Positions 18,608 to 27,974 of a DNA stretch of 64,000 nt are shown piece after piece. Each line of letters begins with the position of its first letter. Positions within the stretch are counted from its first letter, which is position 1. The notes beneath the pieces are model-generated. The model was not told the origin of the DNA. It ran no database searches and was given only the letters and a program-made list of their open reading frames with translations. Location: NCBI GenBank assembly GCA_044226015.1, contig JBGAHS010000001.1:960001-1024000 (forward strand), given 5' to 3'. Source of the stretch: Candidatus Obscuribacteraceae bacterium (GTDB lineage Bacteria; Cyanobacteriota; Vampirovibrionia; Obscuribacterales; Obscuribacteraceae). The translations under genes and the position numbers were made by a program.

Positions 18608-21600
18608 ATGCTCATTACTCAGGCATCAGTGGTGAGAGCGCAACAGGTTGGCGACTTTAATTTGGGGTCTGCATCAAAATCTGGCAGCAACCTTCTTTCC
18701 GGCGGGCAGTCTGCCACAATTCGAGTAGCTGGAACAAACAAAGTTGTTCATCCTGGTATGTTGCTAACTGCAGCCGAACAAGTAGCTTTGAGCCAGGTTT
18801 TATCAACTGGGCATCAAAATATCAGGTTGAATGGAGCTGGTATAGCGGTTGGCGGGCAGTTTAGTATTGACACAGGTTTGATATCTGCTTCGAGTAATCT
18901 TCGCATCCCACAGAACGTGACTGGTTACATAGATTTCAGTCAGCAGTCAGCATTAAGTATTAGCGGCAACCTCATCAATCGCGGAACGTTGTTGGCATTT
19001 TCTACCAATGCGATGTCTCCGAGTGGAACCTTGAGTGCCAAGAACATTGTAAACTACGCTTCTATATCATCTGTATTGCCCTCGACATTTTTCGCTGCAG
19101 GACAAGCGATTCCCAATTTTAATTTGGTTTTGAGTGCTGTTAATAGAATTACTAATTTTGGCACTATCTCCAGCTCTGGAGCGCTTTCGTTGATTGCCCC
19201 CAACGCGGTAGTTAACTCTTCTCAAGTCATTAATCAAACCATCCCGGCAAGTCTTCAAGCACAGTCTAATCTCAACATAATCACCAACAATATCATCAAT
19301 TCGGGTAACCTTACTTCGATAGCAGGCAATGTGAACTTGCAGTGTTTGTCAGGTTCTACTCTTAAAATCAATAATGTAGGCGGAACGATTTCAGCCTTGC
19401 TTGGCGATATAAAAGTCACTAATCTTGTATCGTCGACACTTGCAAATCTTGAACTCCGCGGTGGAGATTACATTTCTTCGAATTTGAATTTGTTTTGTCC
19501 GGCAGGGGAAGTGTCTGCGGACCTTAATAGAGTTACTGGCTGGATCAACGTTGAGGCTTGCAAGGCAAACGTTGGGGCTGCAACTCCTAACTTGAAATTG
19601 GGCGACTTGAAAATTACTGGAGACCCAACATTTTTCAACAGCGGCGGAAGTCTTACTCTTGCAAGTCTTTCTAACACTGGAGGATTTGATCTTGCACTCA
19701 TAGCGAGCCACGATATCATCGTCGCAGGTGGCACTATTGATACTACCAATCCCTCGGGTGGTAATGGCGGCAATCTAACAATTATCGCGGGAGTAGATTT
19801 TTCTGGTGGCATTTCAGGAGCAGGTGATACCAGCACTTTATTGACGTTAACGGGACCGTCGAGTACCGGTGGTGCGATCGACTTGAGCGCAGTTTCACTC
19901 ATCAATACTAGTGGTACTTTGACGAAATCTAACAATGGCGGCAGTGGTGGAAATGTTTTTGTTGCCGCTTTCAATGGCGCCAAAAATGGAACGCTAGAGC
20001 CAGGCACTGTTAATTTCGGGACTTCAGGAGTCGTAAACACAGCGGGAGGGGGACGCGGTGATAGTAACAACGGAAATGCAAGTGGTAATTTGACTGTCAT
20101 TGCGGGAGCAGCAGCAGATCCTAGCGCTGCTGCCGCGATTATTTTGCCAGCTATATTCACACGTACAGACCCTTCCTATTCCCAGGCAGGAGTTTCTGGT
20201 GGTGCAGTTAGCATCTTTACTGCTACACCTGTTATTAATGGAACAGTGACTGTATTGAATGGAACACTCGGCGGAGCTGGCAACATTACGAATGGGGCTC
20301 AGCAGAATGCCTCAATTTCAATAGCTTCTACTGGTGGCGGAAGCAATATAATTGTTAACCCAACTTATTCTCAATGGCAGCTTGACCAGATGAATGCAGC
20401 TCTTGCGAGTATTAATGCTAAGCGAGCGCTTGATGCTCCGAGTTTGCCGCCTCTGAAACTCAGCCCTTCCCTTAGTACCTTGGCGATGCAGCAAGCCATC
20501 TATCTCGCTCAAACTGGTCATTTGGGACACTTTACGGTTCAGGGCGGGTCGCCTGTTGATCGCGCAAGAGTTCTTGGGCTTTCCTCTGCTTGTTGTGCTG
20601 AGAATTCAGGTTTTTCATCTGGACTAACTGTGCAAGGTGGTTTTGATATCGTTAACGCCGCAATGTTTCAAGAGTCGAATACGCCAGGGACTCATCGCTA
20701 CAATTTAGTGGGAACGTCCGCCAATCACAATAATTATGTTGGATTTGGATTTGTGACAGTTGGAACCGATATGTACTTTGTCGAAGAGTTTTCTCGGACA
20801 GATCCAGGAGTTGCTAAATCATCTATTCCGAGTTCGTCTCTGTATGGCGGTTTGGGTGCTCAAGCTGGAAACCGTGCCGTCCCTCCGGTAAAAGCTGGCG
20901 TTAATAACAGCCTGCAATCTGTGGGAGGCACAAATTATCTGCCCACAAGTATCGTCGCTGGTGCTGACATTATATTGAACGCTGGCCAGAAGGTTAGTCT
21001 CAGTGGTTCGATAATAGCCAATGGTGCTGCCGGTATTCAAAGCAACACAGGCGGTTCGCTTGATGCAAAGAATGGAGCAAGCGTCTCCATTAGCGCCGGG
21101 GGCGACATCAGTTTGTTCAATATTCAGTCGGGCGGCGGCTCTGGTGCGACATCAAATTCTTCGGGACTAGGTGCGGGCGGCGACGGTGGAATAGTTTCTG
21201 TGACCTCCATGAATGGAAATATATCAATTTTGCCGTCAGTTGCATCGTGCTCTCCGTGTGTTGCAGTGGCTGCGCAGGGAGGTGCAGGAGGACAAGCTCT
21301 TTTTCCCGGTGCTGTGGGCGGGGACGGTGGCAAGGGCGGTAGCATAAGTCTCTCGGCGCCCAATGGCAGTATTTCTGTCTCTTCTATTGAGGCTGGCGGC
21401 GGTGGTGGTGGTGGTGGTGCTGGCGGGCTAGCTAAAGGTGGTTCTGGCGGTGCAGGTGGAAGCGGCGGAATCGTTTCTTTGAGTGCAAAAAATTTACTTG
21501 TTCAAGAATATGTGAACGCCTCTGGTGGTGGTGGCGGAGGTGCTGGGGGCAGCGGGCTTGACTCTGGTGGTGGTGGCGGCGGTGCTGCCTTCGGAATGGG

Positions 21601-24600
21601 GGGATTTGGAGGTGCTTCTTCTTCGCTGAAAGCCGGCGGTGGTGGCGGTGGTGGTGCGCAGATTCCCGGTTTTGGAGGACCCACTTCAGCAGTCAACTAT
21701 TCACTTGAGTCTGGTGGAAATGGCAGTAACGGGAGCAGAGGAAAAGGGGGGAATGTCGGTATTGTAGGCGCCGGTGGCACAGGTGGGGCTGGAATTGGAG
21801 GTGCTTTATCCAGTGGTGGTGCTGGTGGCGATATGGGTCTTGCTGGGAAATCCGTTGGTGCGGCGAGCGGTGGTGCTTCAGGAAACGGCGGTAGCATCAA
21901 TCTTAACGGTGATCAGGTTGAGGTTCTATCCGTAGTATCAGGATTTTGGGGGAAGACTTCTGTCAAATATGGAACCAATTCTCTTCTCGCGATAGGTCCA
22001 AGCGGAACTGTAACGGTGAGTAGTACTGGTGGGTTGACGAGTTCTCCAGTGCTAAATGCGTTAGCTGACTATTCGAGCAGTAAGGCTACTTTATCTGTGC
22101 CTTTAGGTAATAATTTTACAGTCGGTTCCCTCGCTGGAAAAAATGGAACTGCGGGCGCCATATCTGCGGGTCCTCAATCTAATTCAATAACTATTAACGG
22201 GGTTGGTTTAAGCAATTCTATTGAGCGGCGCAGTTTTGTTACTGCCGGCTCTGCTTATGTGACCATTGTAGAGAATTCATTGCCTGTGCTTTTTAATAGT
22301 AATTCGAAGGCTACGCCTGCGGAACTTGTCGCAATTGAACAGGTGCTATTTGAGGGTGGGCAAACAGTTGTTCTTGATAGTAATGGTACTGCTGTTGGTG
22401 GCAGCATCACTTTGCAGTCCCGAAATATTCCGGCAGCTGGCTTCAGTACCCTTGTGTTACCGCCTAATGTCTCTTTGTTCGATCAGGTTGACAATCTGAG
22501 TTATTCGGAAAGCGTTTCTATCTATGGTACATTTCAATACAATGGTTCCTCCACTCTGGCTAAACTTACTACTCCTTCCATCGTAAATTCAAATAGTATT
22601 AGCAGCGGCAACTCCGCTATTTCGTTGATCGTGCAAAGTCCTCTGGGGCAGAAACTTGCTGTGTCGGGAAACGGAAATTTTTCAGCTGGGACTATCAGAT
22701 TCGTCGGCAGCGGAGGAAGAGTAATTTTTCTCTCTTCGCCTCAATTAACGGCCAACAATGTGTACATAGACGCAAGAGACTCTGTTCAAGTCTTTTCCGG
22801 CCAAAGTGTTTCGGCTCTAGGTGCAAATGTTATCGTGACGACCGGTGCGATTTTTAATCCACAATTTGTGGGAAGTAAGAATGCATTCAATCTTGCTCCG
22901 ATCGGCACCACCATTGGAGTCATCGCTAATTCGGACGGCGATCTTGTTCTCGATAAGAGTATTTTGGTCAACACCAATGGCAAAAACCTTGCTTTACTTG
23001 CCTCTGGCAATATTATTTCCAGCGGACTCGCTAGTATCAATTTGTCGAATTCTAAAGGAAATGGAGGTAGCTTGCTTGCTATCGCCGGAGTTTCCTTCAC
23101 TCCACTTACGACTGGACAAAAGATCGATACTAGCTCTGTCTTCGACATCACCGGTGTTTCCGCAACAGGTGGCAGCATCAATTTTTCCAATACGTCAATA
23201 AATACCTCTAGTAGTTCGAAGATTTTGGGCGCTGACTCCGGTGGCAATATAACCCTTGTTGCGAATTCCGTTTCCGGTTTCAGTGCTGGAGTAGTTCTAA
23301 CTGGTTCGATAGATGCAAGCTCAAGTATGGGTAAAGCAGGGAGCCTGTCAATTTTTGCATCTGGTGGTATCGTCACTGGCAAGATTAACGCTCAAGGCAC
23401 TTACGCAGGTGGTGCGGTATCGTTAACTTCAGCGCCTGCCGTTCTTTCTGGGGTAGAGGTATCGAATGGCTATCTGATGCCTATCTCAACAATTAGTTCT
23501 TCTCCAGTAATTAATAGTGGGGCTGCAGTTCTCGTCAACGGTGGAATTGTCTCCTCCTCTGGGATGGGAGCTGCTGGAGCGATATCCATTGTTGCTGGCT
23601 CGAATATCCTTGTCGCAGGAACTATTAACTCGGGTGCAAGAAGCTCTGCCGGGTCCGTTAGTTTGAATTCACTATCGGGGTCCATTGTTATTGGTGGCAG
23701 TATCATTGCTAGTGGGCTACCTGGTACTAGTAGTCTGTCTCCTGGCTCAGCCGCTCCGGTGAGAATCTCCGTTCCCCAATTTGCAGCGATAAACGGTAGC
23801 ATTGATACAAGTGGTGGCAAGGCACTTGTATCCGGTCAAAATGGAGGAAGTGGAGCTGACATAAACATTTCGACTTCTAACCAGGATGACCTCCTGAACG
23901 GTTTTTATTCAGGAAATGTTTCTATAAGTGGTTATCTGAATAGTTCTGGCGGCTCTGTGTTTGCTAAGAATGTGGGAGTCGGTGGAAACGCTGGGACTGT
24001 CTTCCTTAGAGCAGGTGCATTACAAATAAAGGGTTTCACCAGTGCTGCGAGTGTTCTGGCTAGTGCTGGTACCGGTCCGTCTGCTAACGGGACCAGCGGA
24101 AGCATTTCGATCTATACCTATGCTGTTCAGCCCATCCCTTCAAATTTCAATCTCTTGAGCTCCGCTGCCAGTGAATATGCAATTCCTGGGGCTTTGTTTA
24201 CTACAGGCACGGGGTCTGTTGTAAATGGGGTTTCGGGTAACTTAGTAAGTGGCTCTCAATCTCTAAACAAAAACACTGCTGCTTCTATCTATAGTGGTAC
24301 TACGGGGAATACCAACATTTCTGTAAGTGTGGCTGGGGGGACTCAGTCTTTGAATATTGCGGGCTCGACAGCTCTGATTGGGCCGGGTAGCGCAAGCAAG
24401 CGAAGCAAGGTTACGCCTGCTGTGGCTCTAGCTTTGAATCAAGTTTCCCTGGGCAACAAGCAGACACTTGGAATTAATGCAGCACATCAAGCAAATTCAT
24501 TGAACCCACAGGGGGGGGGGTCAAAAATTTCGATACCAGCTCATGCGCTTCCTCGAACATTTAGCAGCTTTGTATTGGAGTCTCAGGGAAACAAGAGTGG

Positions 24601-26479
24601 AATTGAACTCGATTTGACGGGACCTATGCCAATTCTGAATATACCGGCAAGCTCGATATCAGGAACTCTGCGATTTAGCACAAGTATCAGGGCTTCAATA
24701 AATGCGCCTTCGTTGACCCTTTCTTCTGGTGCGGTCCTAGATGCACCCAACTCTATTTTGTTCAGCGGGACAAGGCTAACAAACTCTGGAATCATAAATG
24801 CTGCTGCCTTTGAAGTAATTTCGCCATCCTCAAGCTTTAAGTTTGATAATCTGGCTGCCGGTCAATCTAACATTTCAAACCTGGTTTTACCGTCTGATTT
24901 TGCACCGTCTTCCATTTCTATTGCCAACAATTTTGGTGGAAAGTTTGTCACAGCTGTCAGTTTTGCCAATGTTCAACTTTCATCGGGGCTTTTACCCAGA
25001 ATTGCAAGTGTGACCCCGGGCTCCTCTACTACGAAAGCTACGGTTCTCAATTTCAGTCTTCCCGGTGCCACTGCCCATCTTGCAGGTGTCTTGAAGAGTA
25101 GCGGCTCTCTGTCAATAAATGCTGTTTCCGCTAAACTAGGTAGCGTTTTAACCCCTACCAATCTGACGCTGGACTCAGGGAGTGATTTGTCCGCAGATAA
25201 CGGTATATCCATAAAGTCTACTGGTACCGTGTTTTTGGATGGAAATCTAAGCGCAGGTTTGTTGGTCGGTGTCCCATTAAACACTCAACTAAGCGCATCT
25301 TACGTACAGAAAGCCGGAGGCTTATCCGTATTGGCACCTATCATTAGTTTGGGAGCTTCTCATTTAATCAGTTCATCCGGCGGCAATTTGCTTTTAACTA
25401 CTAGCTCAGGCGACCTGCATTTGGGAAGCGCCAATACTCTCAGGGCTAATGGTGGAAACATTATTCTGTTAGCATCTGGCAATCTGAGCGGAGCTGCATC
25501 AAACAATTTGGTTGCTGTATCAGTTGGAACCCCGACTAAGTCCACTGGTGGTGGTATCGAGATTGGTGCAGGATCGACAAAATCCATACTTTCCTCAGTT
25601 TTGAGTCTTGCAGCAGGTACTGTGACAGGCACCTTTGCGAGTTTCTCTACCGTCAACAACTCCAGTGGAACAAGTGGTGTTGTTCTGAGTAATGGAACTG
25701 TTGAAGTTGGACCGTCCCTTATGAATCAGGCTCTGTTAAACCTATCTGGCGGAGCTATCATCTTTCACTCACAAGCAGGCAAGAATGTGCAGTTAGATGG
25801 AGCAAGCTTTTCTGTCGCTGCATTCAAGCCTATTTCATACACAGCTTCTGCGAATGTTCAAACTAAGCGAAAAATGTTTGATAGCGCATCTGAAAACAAA
25901 GCTGCTGCTCATATGTTCATTCCTGCTAAGGATGGAGCAGAAGTTTTCTGTCTTGTTCATGAGCACCGCCTTGAGAACAGTGCCGCTCTCAGTCTTGAGC
26001 GTGGCGAGTTCTTTCTAAGTCCAGAGATTGATGTTGAAATTGCAACGCCGTTAGCAAATGTGAAATGTCGGAAGGGAGCTCTCCTTGGAATTTCTTACAT
26101 TGGTTCTATGCTGAGGGTTCTAAACTGCGGTTATTCGGGCGGAGTTAGCTTTGATTTGAATGGAACCCAAGTGTCCGTGGATGCCGGTGAGGAGATGATA
26201 ATATCCAGAACGCGGATTGGAGATAGTGATTTTTGGAATCACGACAACTTAGGTCGTAGAAACATAAAACACCACGCTGGTGCGCGGAGTCTTTATGTGA
26301 GTTCTTGTGATGTTTCTCTTTTCGGTTTTTTGTCGGCTGCTAAGCACCTTGCTGGCCTGCGACAACCGAAGCTTGAATTTGAGAAGAGAATCCAAGCCAA
26401 GATTCTCAAAACCGCAACTGCTCTCAATATCGCAACTGCCAATCGAGGCACTTACAGCACGAAGCCATTGTATCGATAA
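18608..26479 (+). CDS. Giant (>=2623 aa) beta-repeat exoprotein with inserted CAP (SCP/PR-1) domain, Gly-rich segment and conserved C-terminal domain
   Basis: Paralogous motifs to 9471..18329 (GDPT(Y/F).N.GG, IANS.G...L, C-terminal LKTA...RG.Y); CAP motifs GHF, AEN, HRYN, VGFG, YFVEEF; real start probably upstream. Confidence 0.8.
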   Translation: MLITQASVVRAQQVGDFNLGSASKSGSNLLSGGQSATIRVAGTNKVVHPGMLLTAAEQVALSQVLSTGHQNIRLNGAGIAVGGQFSIDTGLISASSNLRIPQNVTGYIDFSQQSALSISGNLINRGTLLAFSTNAMSPSGTLSAKNIVNYASISSVLPSTFFAAGQAIPNFNLVLSAVNRITNFGTISSSGALSLIAPNAVVNSSQVINQTIPASLQAQSNLNIITNNIINSGNLTSIAGNVNLQCLSGSTLKINNVGGTISALLGDIKVTNLVSSTLANLELRGGDYISSNLNLFCPAGEVSADLNRVTGWINVEACKANVGAATPNLKLGDLKITGDPTFFNSGGSLTLASLSNTGGFDLALIASHDIIVAGGTIDTTNPSGGNGGNLTIIAGVDFSGGISGAGDTSTLLTLTGPSSTGGAIDLSAVSLINTSGTLTKSNNGGSGGNVFVAAFNGAKNGTLEPGTVNFGTSGVVNTAGGGRGDSNNGNASGNLTVIAGAAADPSAAAAIILPAIFTRTDPSYSQAGVSGGAVSIFTATPVINGTVTVLNGTLGGAGNITNGAQQNASISIASTGGGSNIIVNPTYSQWQLDQMNAALASINAKRALDAPSLPPLKLSPSLSTLAMQQAIYLAQTGHLGHFTVQGGSPVDRARVLGLSSACCAENSGFSSGLTVQGGFDIVNAAMFQESNTPGTHRYNLVGTSANHNNYVGFGFVTVGTDMYFVEEFSRTDPGVAKSSIPSSSLYGGLGAQAGNRAVPPVKAGVNNSLQSVGGTNYLPTSIVAGADIILNAGQKVSLSGSIIANGAAGIQSNTGGSLDAKNGASVSISAGGDISLFNIQSGGGSGATSNSSGLGAGGDGGIVSVTSMNGNISILPSVASCSPCVAVAAQGGAGGQALFPGAVGGDGGKGGSISLSAPNGSISVSSIEAGGGGGGGGAGGLAKGGSGGAGGSGGIVSLSAKNLLVQEYVNASGGGGGGAGGSGLDSGGGGGGAAFGMGGFGGASSSLKAGGGGGGGAQIPGFGGPTSAVNYSLESGGNGSNGSRGKGGNVGIVGAGGTGGAGIGGALSSGGAGGDMGLAGKSVGAASGGASGNGGSINLNGDQVEVLSVVSGFWGKTSVKYGTNSLLAIGPSGTVTVSSTGGLTSSPVLNALADYSSSKATLSVPLGNNFTVGSLAGKNGTAGAISAGPQSNSITINGVGLSNSIERRSFVTAGSAYVTIVENSLPVLFNSNSKATPAELVAIEQVLFEGGQTVVLDSNGTAVGGSITLQSRNIPAAGFSTLVLPPNVSLFDQVDNLSYSESVSIYGTFQYNGSSTLAKLTTPSIVNSNSISSGNSAISLIVQSPLGQKLAVSGNGNFSAGTIRFVGSGGRVIFLSSPQLTANNVYIDARDSVQVFSGQSVSALGANVIVTTGAIFNPQFVGSKNAFNLAPIGTTIGVIANSDGDLVLDKSILVNTNGKNLALLASGNIISSGLASINLSNSKGNGGSLLAIAGVSFTPLTTGQKIDTSSVFDITGVSATGGSINFSNTSINTSSSSKILGADSGGNITLVANSVSGFSAGVVLTGSIDASSSMGKAGSLSIFASGGIVTGKINAQGTYAGGAVSLTSAPAVLSGVEVSNGYLMPISTISSSPVINSGAAVLVNGGIVSSSGMGAAGAISIVAGSNILVAGTINSGARSSAGSVSLNSLSGSIVIGGSIIASGLPGTSSLSPGSAAPVRISVPQFAAINGSIDTSGGKALVSGQNGGSGADINISTSNQDDLLNGFYSGNVSISGYLNSSGGSVFAKNVGVGGNAGTVFLRAGALQIKGFTSAASVLASAGTGPSANGTSGSISIYTYAVQPIPSNFNLLSSAASEYAIPGALFTTGTGSVVNGVSGNLVSGSQSLNKNTAASIYSGTTGNTNISVSVAGGTQSLNIAGSTALIGPGSASKRSKVTPAVALALNQVSLGNKQTLGINAAHQANSLNPQGGGSKISIPAHALPRTFSSFVLESQGNKSGIELDLTGPMPILNIPASSISGTLRFSTSIRASINAPSLTLSSGAVLDAPNSILFSGTRLTNSGIINAAAFEVISPSSSFKFDNLAAGQSNISNLVLPSDFAPSSISIANNFGGKFVTAVSFANVQLSSGLLPRIASVTPGSSTTKATVLNFSLPGATAHLAGVLKSSGSLSINAVSAKLGSVLTPTNLTLDSGSDLSADNGISIKSTGTVFLDGNLSAGLLVGVPLNTQLSASYVQKAGGLSVLAPIISLGASHLISSSGGNLLLTTSSGDLHLGSANTLRANGGNIILLASGNLSGAASNNLVAVSVGTPTKSTGGGIEIGAGSTKSILSSVLSLAAGTVTGTFASFSTVNNSSGTSGVVLSNGTVEVGPSLMNQALLNLSGGAIIFHSQAGKNVQLDGASFSVAAFKPISYTASANVQTKRKMFDSASENKAAAHMFIPAKDGAEVFCLVHEHRLENSAALSLERGEFFLSPEIDVEIATPLANVKCRKGALLGISYIGSMLRVLNCGYSGGVSFDLNGTQVSVDAGEEMIISRTRIGDSDFWNHDNLGRRNIKHHAGARSLYVSSCDVSLFGFLSAAKHLAGLRQPKLEFEKRIQAKILKTATALNIATANRGTYSTKPLYR

Positions 26480-26507
26480 CCATATTTGGCAACGCTTGGA
26501 ACTACAG

Positions 26508-27284
26508 TTAAAGCACTCGTTTTAGCACCCAGGACCTGTCGGTTGCGGTGAGTTTGTTTGAAGGAACGAAAGACCTTGCGAGCACAGGGAGTACTTTTGT
26601 TGGGTCGCAAAAGTATATGCCAGAGCCAAAGGCTGGGTTTGATTCGATAACCGCCCATTTTGAATTGTCTAGCAATCCAACGTCTAGTACTGCAGCTGGT
26701 GGCAACTTAAGTTCGGTGTCAGCAAGAATGTCTTCAACAAACCGACTAGCTTTTGCGTGCATTTCGCTGGAGCCCTTGTCAGTTGCCAGTTCTCCATTAA
26801 CAGCGTAGAGCGAGCCCGTCGCAACAGTACGTTCTAAAATGAAAAAGCGATACTCCAAAGTCCATTTTACGACATCGGAAATTAGTACAGGAATATTTCC
26901 GGGAAGTAATTCCGAGGCTTTGATTGAGCTGCCATTTTTGTAAACAGAAGCGGCGAAACTTTTGTCATCGGCTGGTTTAGCGAAGAGTTCGCCTTCTCGT
27001 TTTCTTGCCTCTTCAAGAGTTGTTAGTTCAATATTTCTGCACCGATATTTTGATGGGAGATTTGGTAGCCAGTCAAATCGAGGTTCGATCAATGCATAGT
27101 TAAATGTCTCTGCCATGAGGGCAACAAAAAGTGGCTCGCCATAGGCCATAAGGTCATTCCGTCCTGAATGCTCGGTAGGTGGCTGCCAGGTTTCAAGCCT
27201 CAGTGTCTCGTAGTTGGATTCTCGAGCAGCATGTTCTATTGCTTCTGAACTGGGATTCTTTCGTGGTGGGAGAAGTAGTAACAT
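26508..27284 (-). CDS. ATP-grasp domain protein (R2K-clade/DUF4343-like)
   Basis: FAKPADDKSF, EYRFFI, VLDVG, WAVIESNPAFGSGIY. Confidence 0.75.
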   Translation of the reverse strand: MLLLLPPRKNPSSEAIEHAARESNYETLRLETWQPPTEHSGRNDLMAYGEPLFVALMAETFNYALIEPRFDWLPNLPSKYRCRNIELTTLEEARKREGELFAKPADDKSFAASVYKNGSSIKASELLPGNIPVLISDVVKWTLEYRFFILERTVATGSLYAVNGELATDKGSSEMHAKASRFVEDILADTELKLPPAAVLDVGLLDNSKWAVIESNPAFGSGIYFCDPTKVLPVLARSFVPSNKLTATDRSWVLKRVL

Positions 27285-27373
27285 AAGCCCTAATGATTTA
27301 TTGGGGATGGATTGAACAGCCTATGGCTTGGTATTCTGTCCATCTTATCGTAGTGGAAAAAATTTTGCTTGTG

Positions 27374-27859
27374 TCAGCTAGCCATCGCCTTTTTTAGATC
27401 AAGAGCGTCACCTTCCAGCCTGTATCTCGTCCACCCAGCTACTGGTTTTGCACCAATTCGCTCGTAGAAATCAATTGCCATTTCATTCCAATTTAAAACT
27501 GACCATTCGAATCTTTTGCATCCACGCTCTCTTGCAAGCTTCGACAAAAACTGCATTAATGCTGCTCCCATTCCCGTTTTGCGGTAGGCTGTGCGAACGA
27601 ATAAGTCTTCAAGGTAGAGAGTTTGCGTTCCTTCCCAAGTGGAGTATGTGTGGAAAAATAATGCGAATCCTGCAGGGCGTTCGTCGATTTCGGCAATGAT
27701 GCACTCAAAAGGAGGTTGCGGCGAGTTTAACTCACGAACTAAATCTGCCGGCGTAATCTTCACTGCTGCTGTTTCTCGCTCATATTCCGCTAATTCATAA
27801 ATCATCGAATAGATTAGCTCTGCATCGTTTGCATTTGCCATGCGAATTGAAATGGACAT
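27374..27859 (-). CDS. GNAT N-acetyltransferase (diamine/spermidine acetyltransferase-like)
   Basis: ELAEYE, YSTWEG, LYLEDLFV...YRKTGMG, WSVLNWN..AIDFY. Confidence 0.9.
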   Translation of the reverse strand: MSISIRMANANDAELIYSMIYELAEYERETAAVKITPADLVRELNSPQPPFECIIAEIDERPAGFALFFHTYSTWEGTQTLYLEDLFVRTAYRKTGMGAALMQFLSKLARERGCKRFEWSVLNWNEMAIDFYERIGAKPVAGWTRYRLEGDALDLKKAMAS

Positions 27860-27941
27860 CTCTTTGCTCCCATGTGGTGGAAGTTCAATCTATCGTTAAA
27901 GGGAGAGCTTGTAAAATTTTTCATCATTTGATACAAAAGAA

Positions 27942-27958
27942 GAATATTTGTAATATTC
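27942..27958. promoter_or_regulatory. Inverted repeat (candidate operator) in the divergent GNAT / ACT-protein intergenic region
   Basis: gaatatt-tgt-aatattc perfect 7-bp palindrome in an AT-rich region. Confidence 0.35.
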
Positions 27959-27974
27959 ATAACATTTTGATTTC

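Noticed and set aside
10378..25659. Many 60-230 aa antisense ORFs within the giant genes
   Set aside because: Shadow frames caused by Gly/Ser codon bias (Pro/Leu-rich translations) with no motifs.
9471..26479. Giants as TpsA/CdiA toxins, autotransporters or RTX proteins
   Set aside because: No NPNG TPS motif, VENN/toxin tip or immunity gene, terminal beta-barrel or GGxGxD nonapeptide array seen; no transporter adjacent.
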